30,805 nucleotides of DNA from Gammaproteobacteria bacterium. Lineage in GTDB: Bacteria; Pseudomonadota; Gammaproteobacteria; JAKDMP01. The notes under the pieces are model-generated. The model was not told the origin of the DNA and did no database searches. It saw only the letters and a list, made by a program, of their open reading frames with translations. The DNA lies in contig JBOHZI010000001.1 of assembly GCA_050738295.1 (NCBI GenBank), forward strand, positions 1 to 30,805. The letters are read 5' to 3'. The position numbers and the translations under genes are program-made. Shown here piece by piece: positions 9,065 to 18,562 of this stretch. Positions within the stretch are counted from its first letter, which is position 1. Each line of letters starts with the position of its first letter.

Positions 9065-9805
9065 ATGGCTCTTCAGGTTATTGGCGCTGGATTCGGGCGT
9101 ACCGGCACGTTATCGGTTTGTACTGCGCTCAATCAATTGGGCTTCCCCTGCTATCACATGCACGAAGTGCTGGGGAACAAGGAAAACAAAAGCCACCTTG
9201 GCTTTTGGCGTAGCGTGGCGAGTTCTGAGCCGGGCACCCAACACGATTGGAATAAGATATTTACGAAATATACCGCGACAGTGGATAATCCCGCGTGCTG
9301 CGTATGGCGCGAACTGTTGATCGAATATCCAGACGCAAAAGTTTTATTGACTCTGCACCCGCGTGGCGCCGAGGTCTGGTATGAAAGTACGCTGGATACC
9401 ATCTATTTCACGGAGCGCATGTGGCAGTTCAAGGTGCTCAAACTTGCGACGCCTTTCGGGCGCAAATTCGGGGAGATGTCGCGCAAGCTCATCTGGCAGC
9501 GATCACACAAGGGGACCATGAACGATCACGACAAGGCCATCGCGCACTACAACCGGCATATCGAGGATGTAAAGGCCGCCGTGTCTCCCGACCGGCTGCT
9601 CATATTCTCGGTGGATCAGGGCTGGAAGCCCCTGTGCGATTTTCTGGGCGTGCCGGTTCCCGTCAGCGAATTCCCAAATGTCAACGATCGCAAAGAAATG
9701 AAGAAGATTCTGCGCGACATGACCCGGGGTGCCTACGTGATCCTGGGAGTGGCTGCAGCAGTCGTTGCAGCACTGATCTACGGCGGTTTCCGTCTCTTCT
9801 TTTAA
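9065..9805 (+). CDS. Sulfotransferase-like P-loop protein with C-terminal membrane anchor
   Basis: VIGAGFGRTGT, CYHM, GWKPLCDFLG, FPNVN; GGAG upstream; hydrophobic C-terminus. Confidence 0.85.
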   Translation: MALQVIGAGFGRTGTLSVCTALNQLGFPCYHMHEVLGNKENKSHLGFWRSVASSEPGTQHDWNKIFTKYTATVDNPACCVWRELLIEYPDAKVLLTLHPRGAEVWYESTLDTIYFTERMWQFKVLKLATPFGRKFGEMSRKLIWQRSHKGTMNDHDKAIAHYNRHIEDVKAAVSPDRLLIFSVDQGWKPLCDFLGVPVPVSEFPNVNDRKEMKKILRDMTRGAYVILGVAAAVVAALIYGGFRLFF

Positions 9806-9835
9806 CTATCGAAGAAAGACAGGGGCAGCGTCGAA

Positions 9836-10768
9836 TTATTGGGGTGAAATCAACGCACCGGTCAGTTCGGAGATGTGGCTATAACCGTGGCGGGCGAGGT
9901 AGTCACGCAGGCCGGCGTTGATGGTGGGGCAGACGAGCGGGTCGCGGAACAGGGCCGTGCCGACGCCAACGGTGCTCGCGCCGGCGAGCAGGAATTCCAC
10001 CGCATCGCGCCAGTCCATGACGCCGCCCTGGCCGATGATCGGTGCCTTGTGCTTGCCTACGGCTTCGTACACCTGGCGCACTTTTAGGAGCGCAATGGGT
10101 TTGATGGCGGGGCCGGAAAGGCCACCCTGGCCGTGGCCGATGACGGGGCGGCGGCGTTCGATGTCAATCGCCATGCCGGAGATGGTGTTGATGACGGCGA
10201 AACCGTCGCTGCCGGCTTCCAGGCACAGGCGCGCGTTTTCGCCGATGTCGGTCTGGTTGGGCGAGAGCTTGGTGATCAGTGGTTTTTTCGTTGCCTTGCG
10301 GCAGGCGGCGACTACACGGGCCGACATGGTCGGCGAGTTGCCGAAAATCACGCCGCCTTCCCTGACGTTGGGGCAGGAGATGTTGATTTCGATGGCGTCG
10401 ATGGGCGAGTCGTCGAAAATCCGACACACCTCGGCGTATTCGTCCACGGTGGCGCCAGAGACGTTCGCGATCCACCGCGTTTCCGCCGGGTCGAGCGTGG
10501 GCAGGATGTCGCGCACGACGGACTCGGCGCCCGGGTTCTGCAGGCCGATGGCGTTGAGCATCCCGGCCGGCGTTTCGAACACACGGTGCGCTGGATTGCC
10601 GAGCCGCGCTTTACCGGTGGTGCCCTTCAGACAGACCGCGCCGACTTCGGCGTGGGAAAAGCCCGCCACCCGGGGATATTCGTGCCCAAAACCCACGCAG
10701 CCGGAGAGCAGCACCAGCGGGGAGTTGAATTCCATGCCAAGAAACTGCATCTTGAGCGGGTCGCCCAC
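9836..10768 (-). CDS. pyrD: Dihydroorotate dehydrogenase, family 1 catalytic subunit
   Basis: KGTT, MLNAIGLQNPG, NISCPN (catalytic Cys), KLSPN, INT, GGLSG; GTG 10768 preceded by GGGGAAG; alternative ATG at 10750. Confidence 0.92.
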   Translation of the reverse strand: MGDPLKMQFLGMEFNSPLVLLSGCVGFGHEYPRVAGFSHAEVGAVCLKGTTGKARLGNPAHRVFETPAGMLNAIGLQNPGAESVVRDILPTLDPAETRWIANVSGATVDEYAEVCRIFDDSPIDAIEINISCPNVREGGVIFGNSPTMSARVVAACRKATKKPLITKLSPNQTDIGENARLCLEAGSDGFAVINTISGMAIDIERRRPVIGHGQGGLSGPAIKPIALLKVRQVYEAVGKHKAPIIGQGGVMDWRDAVEFLLAGASTVGVGTALFRDPLVCPTINAGLRDYLARHGYSHISELTGALISPQ

Positions 10769-10780
10769 GGTAGCTTCCCC

Positions 10781-11245
10781 ATGTTCGAGATTGTGCTTGT
10801 TCACCCTGAAATCCCGCCGAACACAGGCAATATCATAAGGCTTGCGGCCAATATGGGCGCGCGGCTGCATCTTGTGCACCCGCTCGGCTTCGATCTGGAA
10901 GACCGTCAGTTGCGGCGCGCGGGCCTGGATTATCACGATCTGAGCGACGTGAGCGAGCACGCCGACTTCGACAGTTTCCTGAGCACGGTCAACCCGTCGC
11001 GGATGTTCATGCTCTCCTCGCACTACGCGCGGCGCTATACCGAACCGGACTATTTGCCAGGCGACGCCTTCGTGTTCGGCGCCGAGACGCGTGGCCTGCC
11101 GGACGACGTGCGTATGCTCGCCGCACCCGACCACCGGCTGACGCTCCCCATGCGCCCCGGCAACCGCAGCCTGAACCTCTCCAACTCGGTGGCGGTAGTG
11201 CTCTACGAGGCCTGGCGTCAGCAGCGATTCGTCGGCGCGGCTTGA
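10781..11245 (+). CDS. trmL: tRNA (cytidine/uridine-34 2'-O)-methyltransferase
   Basis: MFEIVLVHPEIPPNTGNIIRL, RRAGLDY, FGAETRGL, RSLNLSNS. Confidence 0.96.
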   Translation: MFEIVLVHPEIPPNTGNIIRLAANMGARLHLVHPLGFDLEDRQLRRAGLDYHDLSDVSEHADFDSFLSTVNPSRMFMLSSHYARRYTEPDYLPGDAFVFGAETRGLPDDVRMLAAPDHRLTLPMRPGNRSLNLSNSVAVVLYEAWRQQRFVGAA

Positions 11246-11258
11246 GCGTCGCGCTGCA

Positions 11259-13427
11259 TCAGGCGAGATCGATGGGATCGACATCGAGCGCGCAGCGCAC
11301 GCGCCGCGCTTCGGGCAGCGCGAGTACGCGCGGGTAATATGCATTCAGCACCCGCTGTAGCGTGCTGCGCTCGTTTGCTTCGAGCAATAGCTGATAGCGG
11401 AAACGTCCGGCACGGCGCAACATCGGTGCCGGCGCCGGGCCGAGGCAGCGCACACCCTTGGCATTGCGCAACACGTCCGCTGCTTTTTGCAGGAACTCGC
11501 GCACCGGCTGTTCGCGTCCGGCCTGGGCGGTCAACAGCACCTGGGCGCCGAACGGTGGCAAACCGTCGCGTTGGCGTTCTGCCAGAGCACGGGTGGCGAA
11601 GCGGTCATAGCCGCCACGCAGCAGGTCACGGAACAGGGCGTGTTCAGGCTGTCGGGTCTGGATCATCACCTGCCCGGCTCGATCGGCGCGTCCGGCGCGC
11701 CCCGACACCTGCACGATCAACTGCGCCATGCGTTCCGGCGCGCGGTAGTCGATACCGTACAGACCCTGGTCGGCATCGACGATCGCCACCAGGGTGAGCG
11801 CCTTGAAGTCGTGGCCCTTGGCGAGCATCTGGGTGCCGACCAAAATGCGTGCCGTGCCACTCGAAGCCGCCGCCATCAGGGCATCGAGCTGACCGCGACG
11901 GCGTGTCGTGTCGCGGTCCACGCGTACCAGTTTCACATCCGGAAAATGGCCGGCGAGCACTGCTTCCAGTCGCTCGGTGCCCTTGCCGAGGCCCAGCAAC
12001 TGCTCCGGCTCACCGCAGGCCGGGCAAGTCATTGGTACCGGCCGTTGCGCGCCGCAGTGGTGGCAGAGCAGTCGGTCGCGACCGCGGTGATACGTCATGC
12101 GCGCGCTGCACCGCATACACTCGATGGGATCTCCGCAGGCATGACACTGCACCACGGGTGCGAAGCCTCGGCGGTTGAGGAAAAACAGCACTTGCCCGCC
12201 GGTGTCGAGATGTTCGCGGGCGGTGGCCAGCAGGCGGTTGGACAGCCCCGCATCCAGGCGTTGGCCGCGCACGTCGACCAAAGTGACAGTCGGTGCCCGC
12301 GCCACGCCCGCCCGCTCGGGCAGCGACAGGTGCCGGTAACGACCGCCGCTCACGTTGGCGAGCGATTCCAGTGCGGGCGTGGCACTGCCGAGCACCACGG
12401 GGATGCCCAGTTCGCGGGCACGGTACACGGCAAGGTCGCGGCCGTGGTAGCGCAGTCCGTCCTGCTGCTTGAAGGAACCGTCGTGTTCTTCGTCCACCAC
12501 GATCAGCCCGGGGTCGGCGAGCGGCAGGAACACCGCCGAACGTGTGCCCACGATCACTCGCGCCTTGCCGGAGCGGGCCGCGAGCCAGGCCGCCAGGCGG
12601 TCACCCTCGGCAAGGCCCGAATGATAGGCCGCAATCTCGATGCCGAGCGCCGCCTCGAAGCGGGCGATCAACTGTGGTGTCAGGGCGATTTCCGGTACCA
12701 GCACCAGCGCCTGCAAGCCGCGTGCGAGCGCGTCGCGGATCGCGGCGAGATACACCTCCGTCTTGCCGCTGCCGGTCACGCCTTCGAGCAGAAACGTCGT
12801 GTAACCATCGCGTGCGGCAATGATTTTATCCGCCGCCGTTTGCTGTGCGGCATTGAGTGTCATTGCGGTAGCGGTTTTGACATCGCCAGGCGGCGCCTCC
12901 GGCACCGGTTCGATCAACGCCCGCTCGAGAAACTGACGCAAGCGCTTGCGGTCACCCGCATCGAATTCGGCGTAGGCGAGTCCGACCGGCCCCGCTTTCG
13001 CAAGCAGTTGCATCAACAGTTGCTGCTGCGAACCCCGCATCGGGGGCGGTTCATTCCCGCGCAACCGATAACGCTTCGGGGTAGCTGCCCGAGCGGGCTT
13101 GCCCTGGCGCAGCGGCACCGGCAACACGCTTGCTAGCGTCTCGCCGGGCGGGTAGTGGTAATAAGCCGCGGTGAAACCGACCAGTGCGAGCAGTTCTGCC
13201 GGCACCAGCGGTTCGGCATCGAGCACCTCCTGCACCCGACGCAACCGTTTGGCTTCCACGCTGGCCTGGTCGGCGTAGGCCACCACCACCCCCACCGTGC
13301 GGGCCCGCGCCAACGGCACTCGCACCCGTGCACCCACCGGCGGCGGATCGGCGTTCAGGGGCGGCAGATAATCCAGCGGCTCGGCAAACGGCGCCGGTAC
13401 CGCCACACGCAGCAGGGGCTCACTCAT
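11259..13427 (-). CDS. priA: Primosomal protein N'
   Basis: GVTGSGKT, DEEH, paired CxxC cluster, GTQMLAKGHDF, DVDP C-terminus. Confidence 0.98.
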   Translation of the reverse strand: MSEPLLRVAVPAPFAEPLDYLPPLNADPPPVGARVRVPLARARTVGVVVAYADQASVEAKRLRRVQEVLDAEPLVPAELLALVGFTAAYYHYPPGETLASVLPVPLRQGKPARAATPKRYRLRGNEPPPMRGSQQQLLMQLLAKAGPVGLAYAEFDAGDRKRLRQFLERALIEPVPEAPPGDVKTATAMTLNAAQQTAADKIIAARDGYTTFLLEGVTGSGKTEVYLAAIRDALARGLQALVLVPEIALTPQLIARFEAALGIEIAAYHSGLAEGDRLAAWLAARSGKARVIVGTRSAVFLPLADPGLIVVDEEHDGSFKQQDGLRYHGRDLAVYRARELGIPVVLGSATPALESLANVSGGRYRHLSLPERAGVARAPTVTLVDVRGQRLDAGLSNRLLATAREHLDTGGQVLFFLNRRGFAPVVQCHACGDPIECMRCSARMTYHRGRDRLLCHHCGAQRPVPMTCPACGEPEQLLGLGKGTERLEAVLAGHFPDVKLVRVDRDTTRRRGQLDALMAAASSGTARILVGTQMLAKGHDFKALTLVAIVDADQGLYGIDYRAPERMAQLIVQVSGRAGRADRAGQVMIQTRQPEHALFRDLLRGGYDRFATRALAERQRDGLPPFGAQVLLTAQAGREQPVREFLQKAADVLRNAKGVRCLGPAPAPMLRRAGRFRYQLLLEANERSTLQRVLNAYYPRVLALPEARRVRCALDVDPIDLA

Positions 13428-13519
13428 GGCGATAGCTTAGCCGTAATCCTGGGGTAACCCGCTACGCCGACATTCATGTAAACTCCAATCAATGAATTTT
13501 CCAAGCTGGAGAAAACCTC

Positions 13520-13978
13520 ATGCGTTACGTATTCATGTCAGCCATCTTGCTTGTTCTTTCCGGAATTCAACCGGCCTTTGCTGGAAACGCGTCCAATAGA
13601 AGCTCCACTGCAGGAGCCACGGCCATAGTGGAAAAGGGATTTAGTGCTTACCAGAGTAGCGGCAGCTTGGCGGCCGTGAAAGCGTGGCTCAAGGGAAGTC
13701 CCATCGCAACTGGCACTGCGGTTCTGAAGCAAGCATCCAATACATTCAACACATTTGAAACTTTTTATGGAAGTTACCAAGGTTACAAAATCGTCGGCTC
13801 CCATTCATTATCCGGTCGAACAGAGATGATCCTGGTTACCATCAACTACGAAACAGGTCCAGTGTTTGGATGGTTTATGGCCTATCAAACCGCCAAGAAA
13901 AACTGGGTCATAGATCTGTACAAATTTTATACGGACCCTAACCAGGCGTGGCCCGATGACTTGATCTACGGTCAATAA
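13520..13978 (+). CDS. Hypothetical exported protein
   Basis: Signal peptide ending AFA, GGAG SD, AT-richer ORF. Confidence 0.7.
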   Translation: MRYVFMSAILLVLSGIQPAFAGNASNRSSTAGATAIVEKGFSAYQSSGSLAAVKAWLKGSPIATGTAVLKQASNTFNTFETFYGSYQGYKIVGSHSLSGRTEMILVTINYETGPVFGWFMAYQTAKKNWVIDLYKFYTDPNQAWPDDLIYGQ

Positions 13979-14142
13979 GAATTCGGTTTTACTGTATTTA
14001 CTGGTTTCGGAGCCACCACTATCCGCAGCGGAGAATCAGGTAACGACAGTCTCGGCAAAGGGATTTTGTATACACATTCCTTCGATCCATTGATTACCCT
14101 TCAAGCCCGCTCAGTAAAGCCGGCTGCTCGTATAATTTTTCC

Positions 14143-15651
14143 ATGACGACTCCCACCACACGCGAGGCTTCGCGCCGCTGGATCCTCGCTGCGCTCATGC
14201 TCACCATGATGCTCGCTGCGATGGATACCACCATCGTTTCTACGGCGATCCCGCAGATTACAGGCGATCTCGGTGGTTTCGCGCTGTTCGCCTGGGTGTT
14301 TTCGATTTATCTGCTCACGCAGACGGTGAGCATCCCCGTGTACGGCAAGCTCGCGGATCTGTATGGGCGCAAACCCGTACTAATTATTGGCACGCTGATT
14401 TTTCTCGCCGGTTCGGCGGCCTCGGCATCGGCTTGGAGCATGATCACGCTGGTGATTTTCCGTGGCCTGCAAGGGCTCGGCGCGGGCTCAATCATGGCGA
14501 CAGTCAATACGCTCGCCGGCGATCTGTATTCAGTGCGCGAACGCGCGCGTGTCCAGGGTTGGCTTTCGAGCGTGTGGGGGATTGCCGCCATCGCCGGACC
14601 CACGCTCGGCGGTGCATTGGCTGAATATGCTTCCTGGCGCTGGATTTTCCTGATCAATCTGCCTATTGGCGCCGCCGCTCTGACATTGATCGGCATCTTT
14701 TTGCACGAAAAGGTACAGCGCAGCCGTCACCGCATCGACTTTGCCGGCGCGGGCCTGGTGCTGGCTGCGGTTGGTGCATTGATTTTTGGATTGCTCCAGG
14801 GGGGGCAGGCATGGCCGTGGTGGTCGACGCCGAGCATCATTGTCTTTGTCTCGGCCGCGGTTCTGATCGGCTTGACCGTAATCGTGGAGAGGCACGCAGC
14901 CGAACCCGTCATGCCCGGCTGGCTGTGGCGCCGCCGCGAGCTCGCGGGCGCCAATCTGGCCATGATCGGAATGGGTTTCGTGATGATGGCGCCGAACACC
15001 TACCTGCCGACCTTCGCACAATCCGTCCTCGGCTTCGGCGCCATCGCGGCCGGACTGGTGCTCGCCAGCATGAGCATCGGCTGGCCGCTCGCCTCCTCGC
15101 TGTCCGGACGCGTGTACATGCGCATCGGCTTTCGCAACACTGCGCTCGGCGGTGCGGTGCTCATCGTCGCGGCTGGTGCCGGCTTCCTGGCACTGCCGTA
15201 TCCGGGTCCGGCATGGGCGATTGTGCTCGACCAAGTCGCGCTCGGCGCCGGCTTCGGACTGCTCTCCACGCCACTGTTGGTGGGCGTACAAACGGTCGTC
15301 GGTTGGGAACAGCGCGGCGTAGTGACCGGCGCCAACATGTTCTCGCGCTACCTCGGTCAGAGCCTGGGTGCGGCTGTGTTCGGCGCCATATTCAATGCGA
15401 GCCTCGCGGCCCGGCTCGCTGCCGCGCCGACCGACTTGCGTGCGCAGTTGCCACACGACGTCAACACCGTCATCCACGTTTTGCATGGACACCAACTTGC
15501 ATCAGCAACCGAGCATTACTTACGCCACGCCATCTACGCAGCAACCCATCACATCTATCTCGGCCTCGCCATCGGAGCCGTCCTCATCCTCCTCGTCGTG
15601 CTGGCTACCCCGCGCGTTTTCCATGCAGCGAAAGAACGCGACGGCGCATAA
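14143..15651 (+). CDS. MFS drug-efflux transporter (DHA2/14-TMS type)
   Basis: DTTIVSTAIP, GKLADLYGRK, FRGLQGLGAG, WRWIFLINLPIG. Confidence 0.93.
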   Translation: MTTPTTREASRRWILAALMLTMMLAAMDTTIVSTAIPQITGDLGGFALFAWVFSIYLLTQTVSIPVYGKLADLYGRKPVLIIGTLIFLAGSAASASAWSMITLVIFRGLQGLGAGSIMATVNTLAGDLYSVRERARVQGWLSSVWGIAAIAGPTLGGALAEYASWRWIFLINLPIGAAALTLIGIFLHEKVQRSRHRIDFAGAGLVLAAVGALIFGLLQGGQAWPWWSTPSIIVFVSAAVLIGLTVIVERHAAEPVMPGWLWRRRELAGANLAMIGMGFVMMAPNTYLPTFAQSVLGFGAIAAGLVLASMSIGWPLASSLSGRVYMRIGFRNTALGGAVLIVAAGAGFLALPYPGPAWAIVLDQVALGAGFGLLSTPLLVGVQTVVGWEQRGVVTGANMFSRYLGQSLGAAVFGAIFNASLAARLAAAPTDLRAQLPHDVNTVIHVLHGHQLASATEHYLRHAIYAATHHIYLGLAIGAVLILLVVLATPRVFHAAKERDGA

Positions 15652-15913
15652 TGCTGAAAAACTCGCCTATTCCACATTACCGAAGTGATCAAGCGGAGTC
15701 ATACTGAGGGTATGAACCGGAACAGCTATCAAAACTGCCCGCGATCTACTCTGGCCCCTTCGTTCAGCGTTAGCGAGGCGCGTACCGTCATCGGACGGGC
15801 TATGATGCGTCCATCGGGAACGGGGCATCGAACCTGGCCCCGGATAGACCGCAGATCACCAATGCGTTAGGCGTCATGGCAACACCGAAACATTGAAATC
15901 CGGAGTATGTCGT

Positions 15914-16294
15914 ATGCATTCGTCACGTCTTTGCGCTCTTCTGATTGATTGCAATGTGTCTGATATTGATGCGGCTGCCAACTTCTGGGCCAGGGCACTG
16001 GGACGTGATGTCGACCTGGACCACCCCGGAAGTCGCGACAACTATCGAATGCTTGAAACACCGCAAGACGAGCAGATCGTGCAGATTCAGCGCGTAGAAC
16101 ACGAGAGCAGAACTCACCTTGATATTGAGACCGACGACATCACGGCAGAAGTCGTCCGACTGGAAGCACTGGGCGCTATCGTTGTCAACGGACTTGAGCG
16201 GTGGGTCGTCATGCAGGCTCCGACCGGGCAACGTTTTTGCGTCGTACACATACAGCGCCCTGGTTTTCCCAAGAATGCGAACGCTTGGCCGTAA
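15914..16294 (+). CDS. VOC/glyoxalase family protein (ex-cassette)
   Basis: IDC...AANFWARALG...HLDIETDD...VMQAPTGQRFCVV. Confidence 0.85.
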   Translation: MHSSRLCALLIDCNVSDIDAAANFWARALGRDVDLDHPGSRDNYRMLETPQDEQIVQIQRVEHESRTHLDIETDDITAEVVRLEALGAIVVNGLERWVVMQAPTGQRFCVVHIQRPGFPKNANAWP

Positions 16295-16298
16295 TGGC

Positions 16299-16351
16299 AC
16301 CTAACGTATCGTCCAAGTGGGCGCGCGTGCTGCACGCCGCTTAATTCCAAC
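16299..16351 (+). mobile_element. Degenerate integron attC site lacking its R' box
   Basis: ACCTAAC-N5-GTCCAAGT-N20-GCTTAAT-N6, the spacing of short (~60 bp) attC sites; GTTRRRY replaced by the AAGGAG SD of the next gene. Confidence 0.75.
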
Positions 16352-16361
16352 AAGGAGTCAA

Positions 16362-16751
16362 ATGAGCACATCGGGCTTCAGTCACTACAACCTTCGAGCG
16401 CCTCGCGAGCTACTGGAGTTGCTGCGCTTGTTCTATTGTGATGTCGTTGGGCTGAGTGTTGGTGAGCGTCCACCCTTCCGAAACCACGGCTATTGGCTTT
16501 ATGCCGAGGACCATGACATCCTGCACCTCACAGAGGCGGCGACTGGCGAGGTCCGTGCGACGGACGTGGACACCACTTTTGACCATGTCGCGTTCAAGTG
16601 TTCCGGACTGACAGCATTCGAGTCCAACTTGCGTGCACACGGCATAGCCTTCGAGACAGACCACGTGCCCCTAACGGGTCGGGTACAACTCTTTCTCAAG
16701 GACCCGGCCGGCAACGGCGTCGAACTCAACTTTGCGGGCGCTGACGCCTAA
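16362..16751 (+). CDS. VOC/glyoxalase family protein (ex-cassette)
   Basis: HYNL...FYCDVVGL...DHVAF...QLFLKDPAGNGVELNF; stop codon lies inside GCCTAAC. Confidence 0.9.
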   Translation: MSTSGFSHYNLRAPRELLELLRLFYCDVVGLSVGERPPFRNHGYWLYAEDHDILHLTEAATGEVRATDVDTTFDHVAFKCSGLTAFESNLRAHGIAFETDHVPLTGRVQLFLKDPAGNGVELNFAGADA

Positions 16752-16789
16752 CCCATCATCAGACGCCGGAGAACATCGAGAACTCTGTC

Positions 16790-17221
16790 ATGCTGATCCA
16801 CGGAAGCTGCCACTGCCGCAACATCTCATTCACATTGAATTGGGAGCCCGAGCCGTCCAACATTCCGGCTCGGGCCTGCACCTGCTCCTTTTGCACAAAG
16901 CACGGTGGCGTCTGGACATCTTGCCCGACGGGCTCGCTCCGGGTGACAGTCCGAGACCCGTCGCAGGTGTCAAAGTACGCGTTCGGCACACAGACCGCGC
17001 AGTTCCACATTTGCCGCACGTGTGGCAGCGTGCCCGTTGTCACCAGCCGTATCGAAGGCCATCTTTATGCCGTCGTCAGTGTCAATGCGTTCGAAGATGT
17101 GGAGACTGCCCTTTTGCAGCGCGCCTCGGCAACCTTCGAGGAAGAAACCGGGGAAGCTCGCATGGCAAGACGGAAACGAGGCTGGATTACCAATGTTCAG
17201 TACATCGAAGCCGACGGCTAA
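16790..17221 (+). CDS. GFA/CENP-V family zinc protein (ex-cassette)
   Basis: GSCHC, CTCSFC, CRTCG. Confidence 0.9.
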   Translation: MLIHGSCHCRNISFTLNWEPEPSNIPARACTCSFCTKHGGVWTSCPTGSLRVTVRDPSQVSKYAFGTQTAQFHICRTCGSVPVVTSRIEGHLYAVVSVNAFEDVETALLQRASATFEEETGEARMARRKRGWITNVQYIEADG

Positions 17222-17269
17222 ACTAGTCGTTAGGTCAACTAGCGAATCCCGTTCGTGGAGGTGGGCAGC

Positions 17270-17680
17270 ATGACAAAGTCGGATTCGACCGCGACCCAAT
17301 CGGCATCCGAGTTTATCGATGGAAGAATCGCCGCGCTCGGGGATTGGCGTGGAGAGGCATTGAGCAGGATGCGCCAACTCATCAAAGAGGTCGATCCGGA
17401 TGTGGTGGAGACATGGAAATGGATGGGCACACCCGTATGGGAGCACGCCGGAATTATCTGCACCGGCGAATCTTACAAGGCAAAAGTGAAGTTGACCTTC
17501 GCCAAGGGAGCTGCGCTGAAAGATCCGGACAGGCTCTTCAACTCAAGCCTCGACGGGAACACAAGGCGAGCGATTGATATCCATGAGGGCGAGCGGATCG
17601 AAGCGGGCGCGTTCAAGGCGCTCATCCGTGCAGCAATCGCCCTCAATACATCCGGCGAAAAAGCCAGGCACGCGAAGTAA
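17270..17680 (+). CDS. DUF1801 (YdhG-like) protein
   Basis: DWRGEALSRMRQLI...WKWMGTPVW...LTFAKGAALKDP...RRAIDI; GGAGG SD. Confidence 0.88.
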   Translation: MTKSDSTATQSASEFIDGRIAALGDWRGEALSRMRQLIKEVDPDVVETWKWMGTPVWEHAGIICTGESYKAKVKLTFAKGAALKDPDRLFNSSLDGNTRRAIDIHEGERIEAGAFKALIRAAIALNTSGEKARHAK

Positions 17681-17686
17681 GCCTGC

Positions 17687-17917
17687 ATGAAAGGCATCAA
17701 GCGTCGGATCATTGGCTTTCACCAGGATGATGAAATGCATTGGGTGGCGCAACTCGAATGCGGTCACAACCAGCATGTGCGCCATGACCCGCCATGGCAG
17801 AGCCGGCCGTGGGTTGTTACGCCGGAGGGTCGAGAGCAAGCTGTAGGGCAAGTGCTTGAGTGTATTAAATGCACATCTGGAGCCCCTGCGGATCCTCGCC
17901 CGGAGATCGCCCCATGA
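17687..17917 (+). CDS. DUF3565-like small protein
   Basis: IIGFHQDDEMHWVAQLECGHNQHVRHDPPW...CIKC. Confidence 0.85.
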   Translation: MKGIKRRIIGFHQDDEMHWVAQLECGHNQHVRHDPPWQSRPWVVTPEGREQAVGQVLECIKCTSGAPADPRPEIAP

Positions 17918-18071
17918 AAACTTGTGGCAACATGTCGGGGCAACGGATGCCCGCCTCGAACACCATATTGACCCGTGCGTAAGCCGGGGGTAGCATAATT
18001 TCGGGCATGGTCATCGAGGGTATGGCCAGTCTGATCTAATCCGTTAAACCACAATAGATACAGGAGTATGG

Positions 18072-18524
18072 ATGATGAAATATCTGGTATTCATGGCTGG
18101 AGCGGCGGTGCTGGCGGTAACGCTGGCAGGCACCGCGGCAGCCCGCACCATCAACTTGCAACCGGGCTTCTGGGTGATGACCGCCAATGCGGAGGTGGCG
18201 AATCGGCCCCGACTTCATGCTGAGAGCGTCACCAAGCGCTGCATCACACGGGCAGATAGTAGGCACAACAGGATTGTCCCTCACCTGGAAACACGCCCAG
18301 GCATGAGCTGCACTCTGATGAGTTTCAGTCGCTCCGGGAATACCGCGACCTATACGCGCGTGTGCACCAACCACGAAAGCAAGTTAACGGCCCATGGGAA
18401 AATCAAATTCATCTCTCCCGTTGCCTATCGTGCCACGGTTCAAACCACCGGACGCATCCGGGGCCACCTCGTAAGCACAACCCGGACTGTACACGCCAAG
18501 CGCGTGGGCAACTGCGGGCGCTGA
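18072..18524 (+). CDS. DUF3617-like exported protein
   Basis: Signal peptide, LQPGFW, conserved Cys pattern, AKRVGNC C-terminus. Confidence 0.8.
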   Translation: MMKYLVFMAGAAVLAVTLAGTAAARTINLQPGFWVMTANAEVANRPRLHAESVTKRCITRADSRHNRIVPHLETRPGMSCTLMSFSRSGNTATYTRVCTNHESKLTAHGKIKFISPVAYRATVQTTGRIRGHLVSTTRTVHAKRVGNCGR

Positions 18525-18562
18525 GCCTGGAAGGAATTCTTCACCTGCGATTCGACCATCAG

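Noticed and set aside
10769..11344. N-terminal extension of the 502-aa pyrD ORF (and the reciprocal extension of trmL to 10133)
   Set aside because: Each extension is the antisense shadow of the opposite real gene; homology starts at 10768 and 10781
11487..13136. 549-aa ORF on the + strand
   Set aside because: Antisense to priA, an expected artefact in GC-rich DNA; no motifs
13991..14007. ACTGTATTTACTGG as a LexA box
   Set aside because: Only the left half-site is present; no ACAG at the right spacing
15642..15665. GGCGCATAATG resembling the XerC arm of dif
   Set aside because: No XerD arm follows; it is simply the MFS stop-codon context
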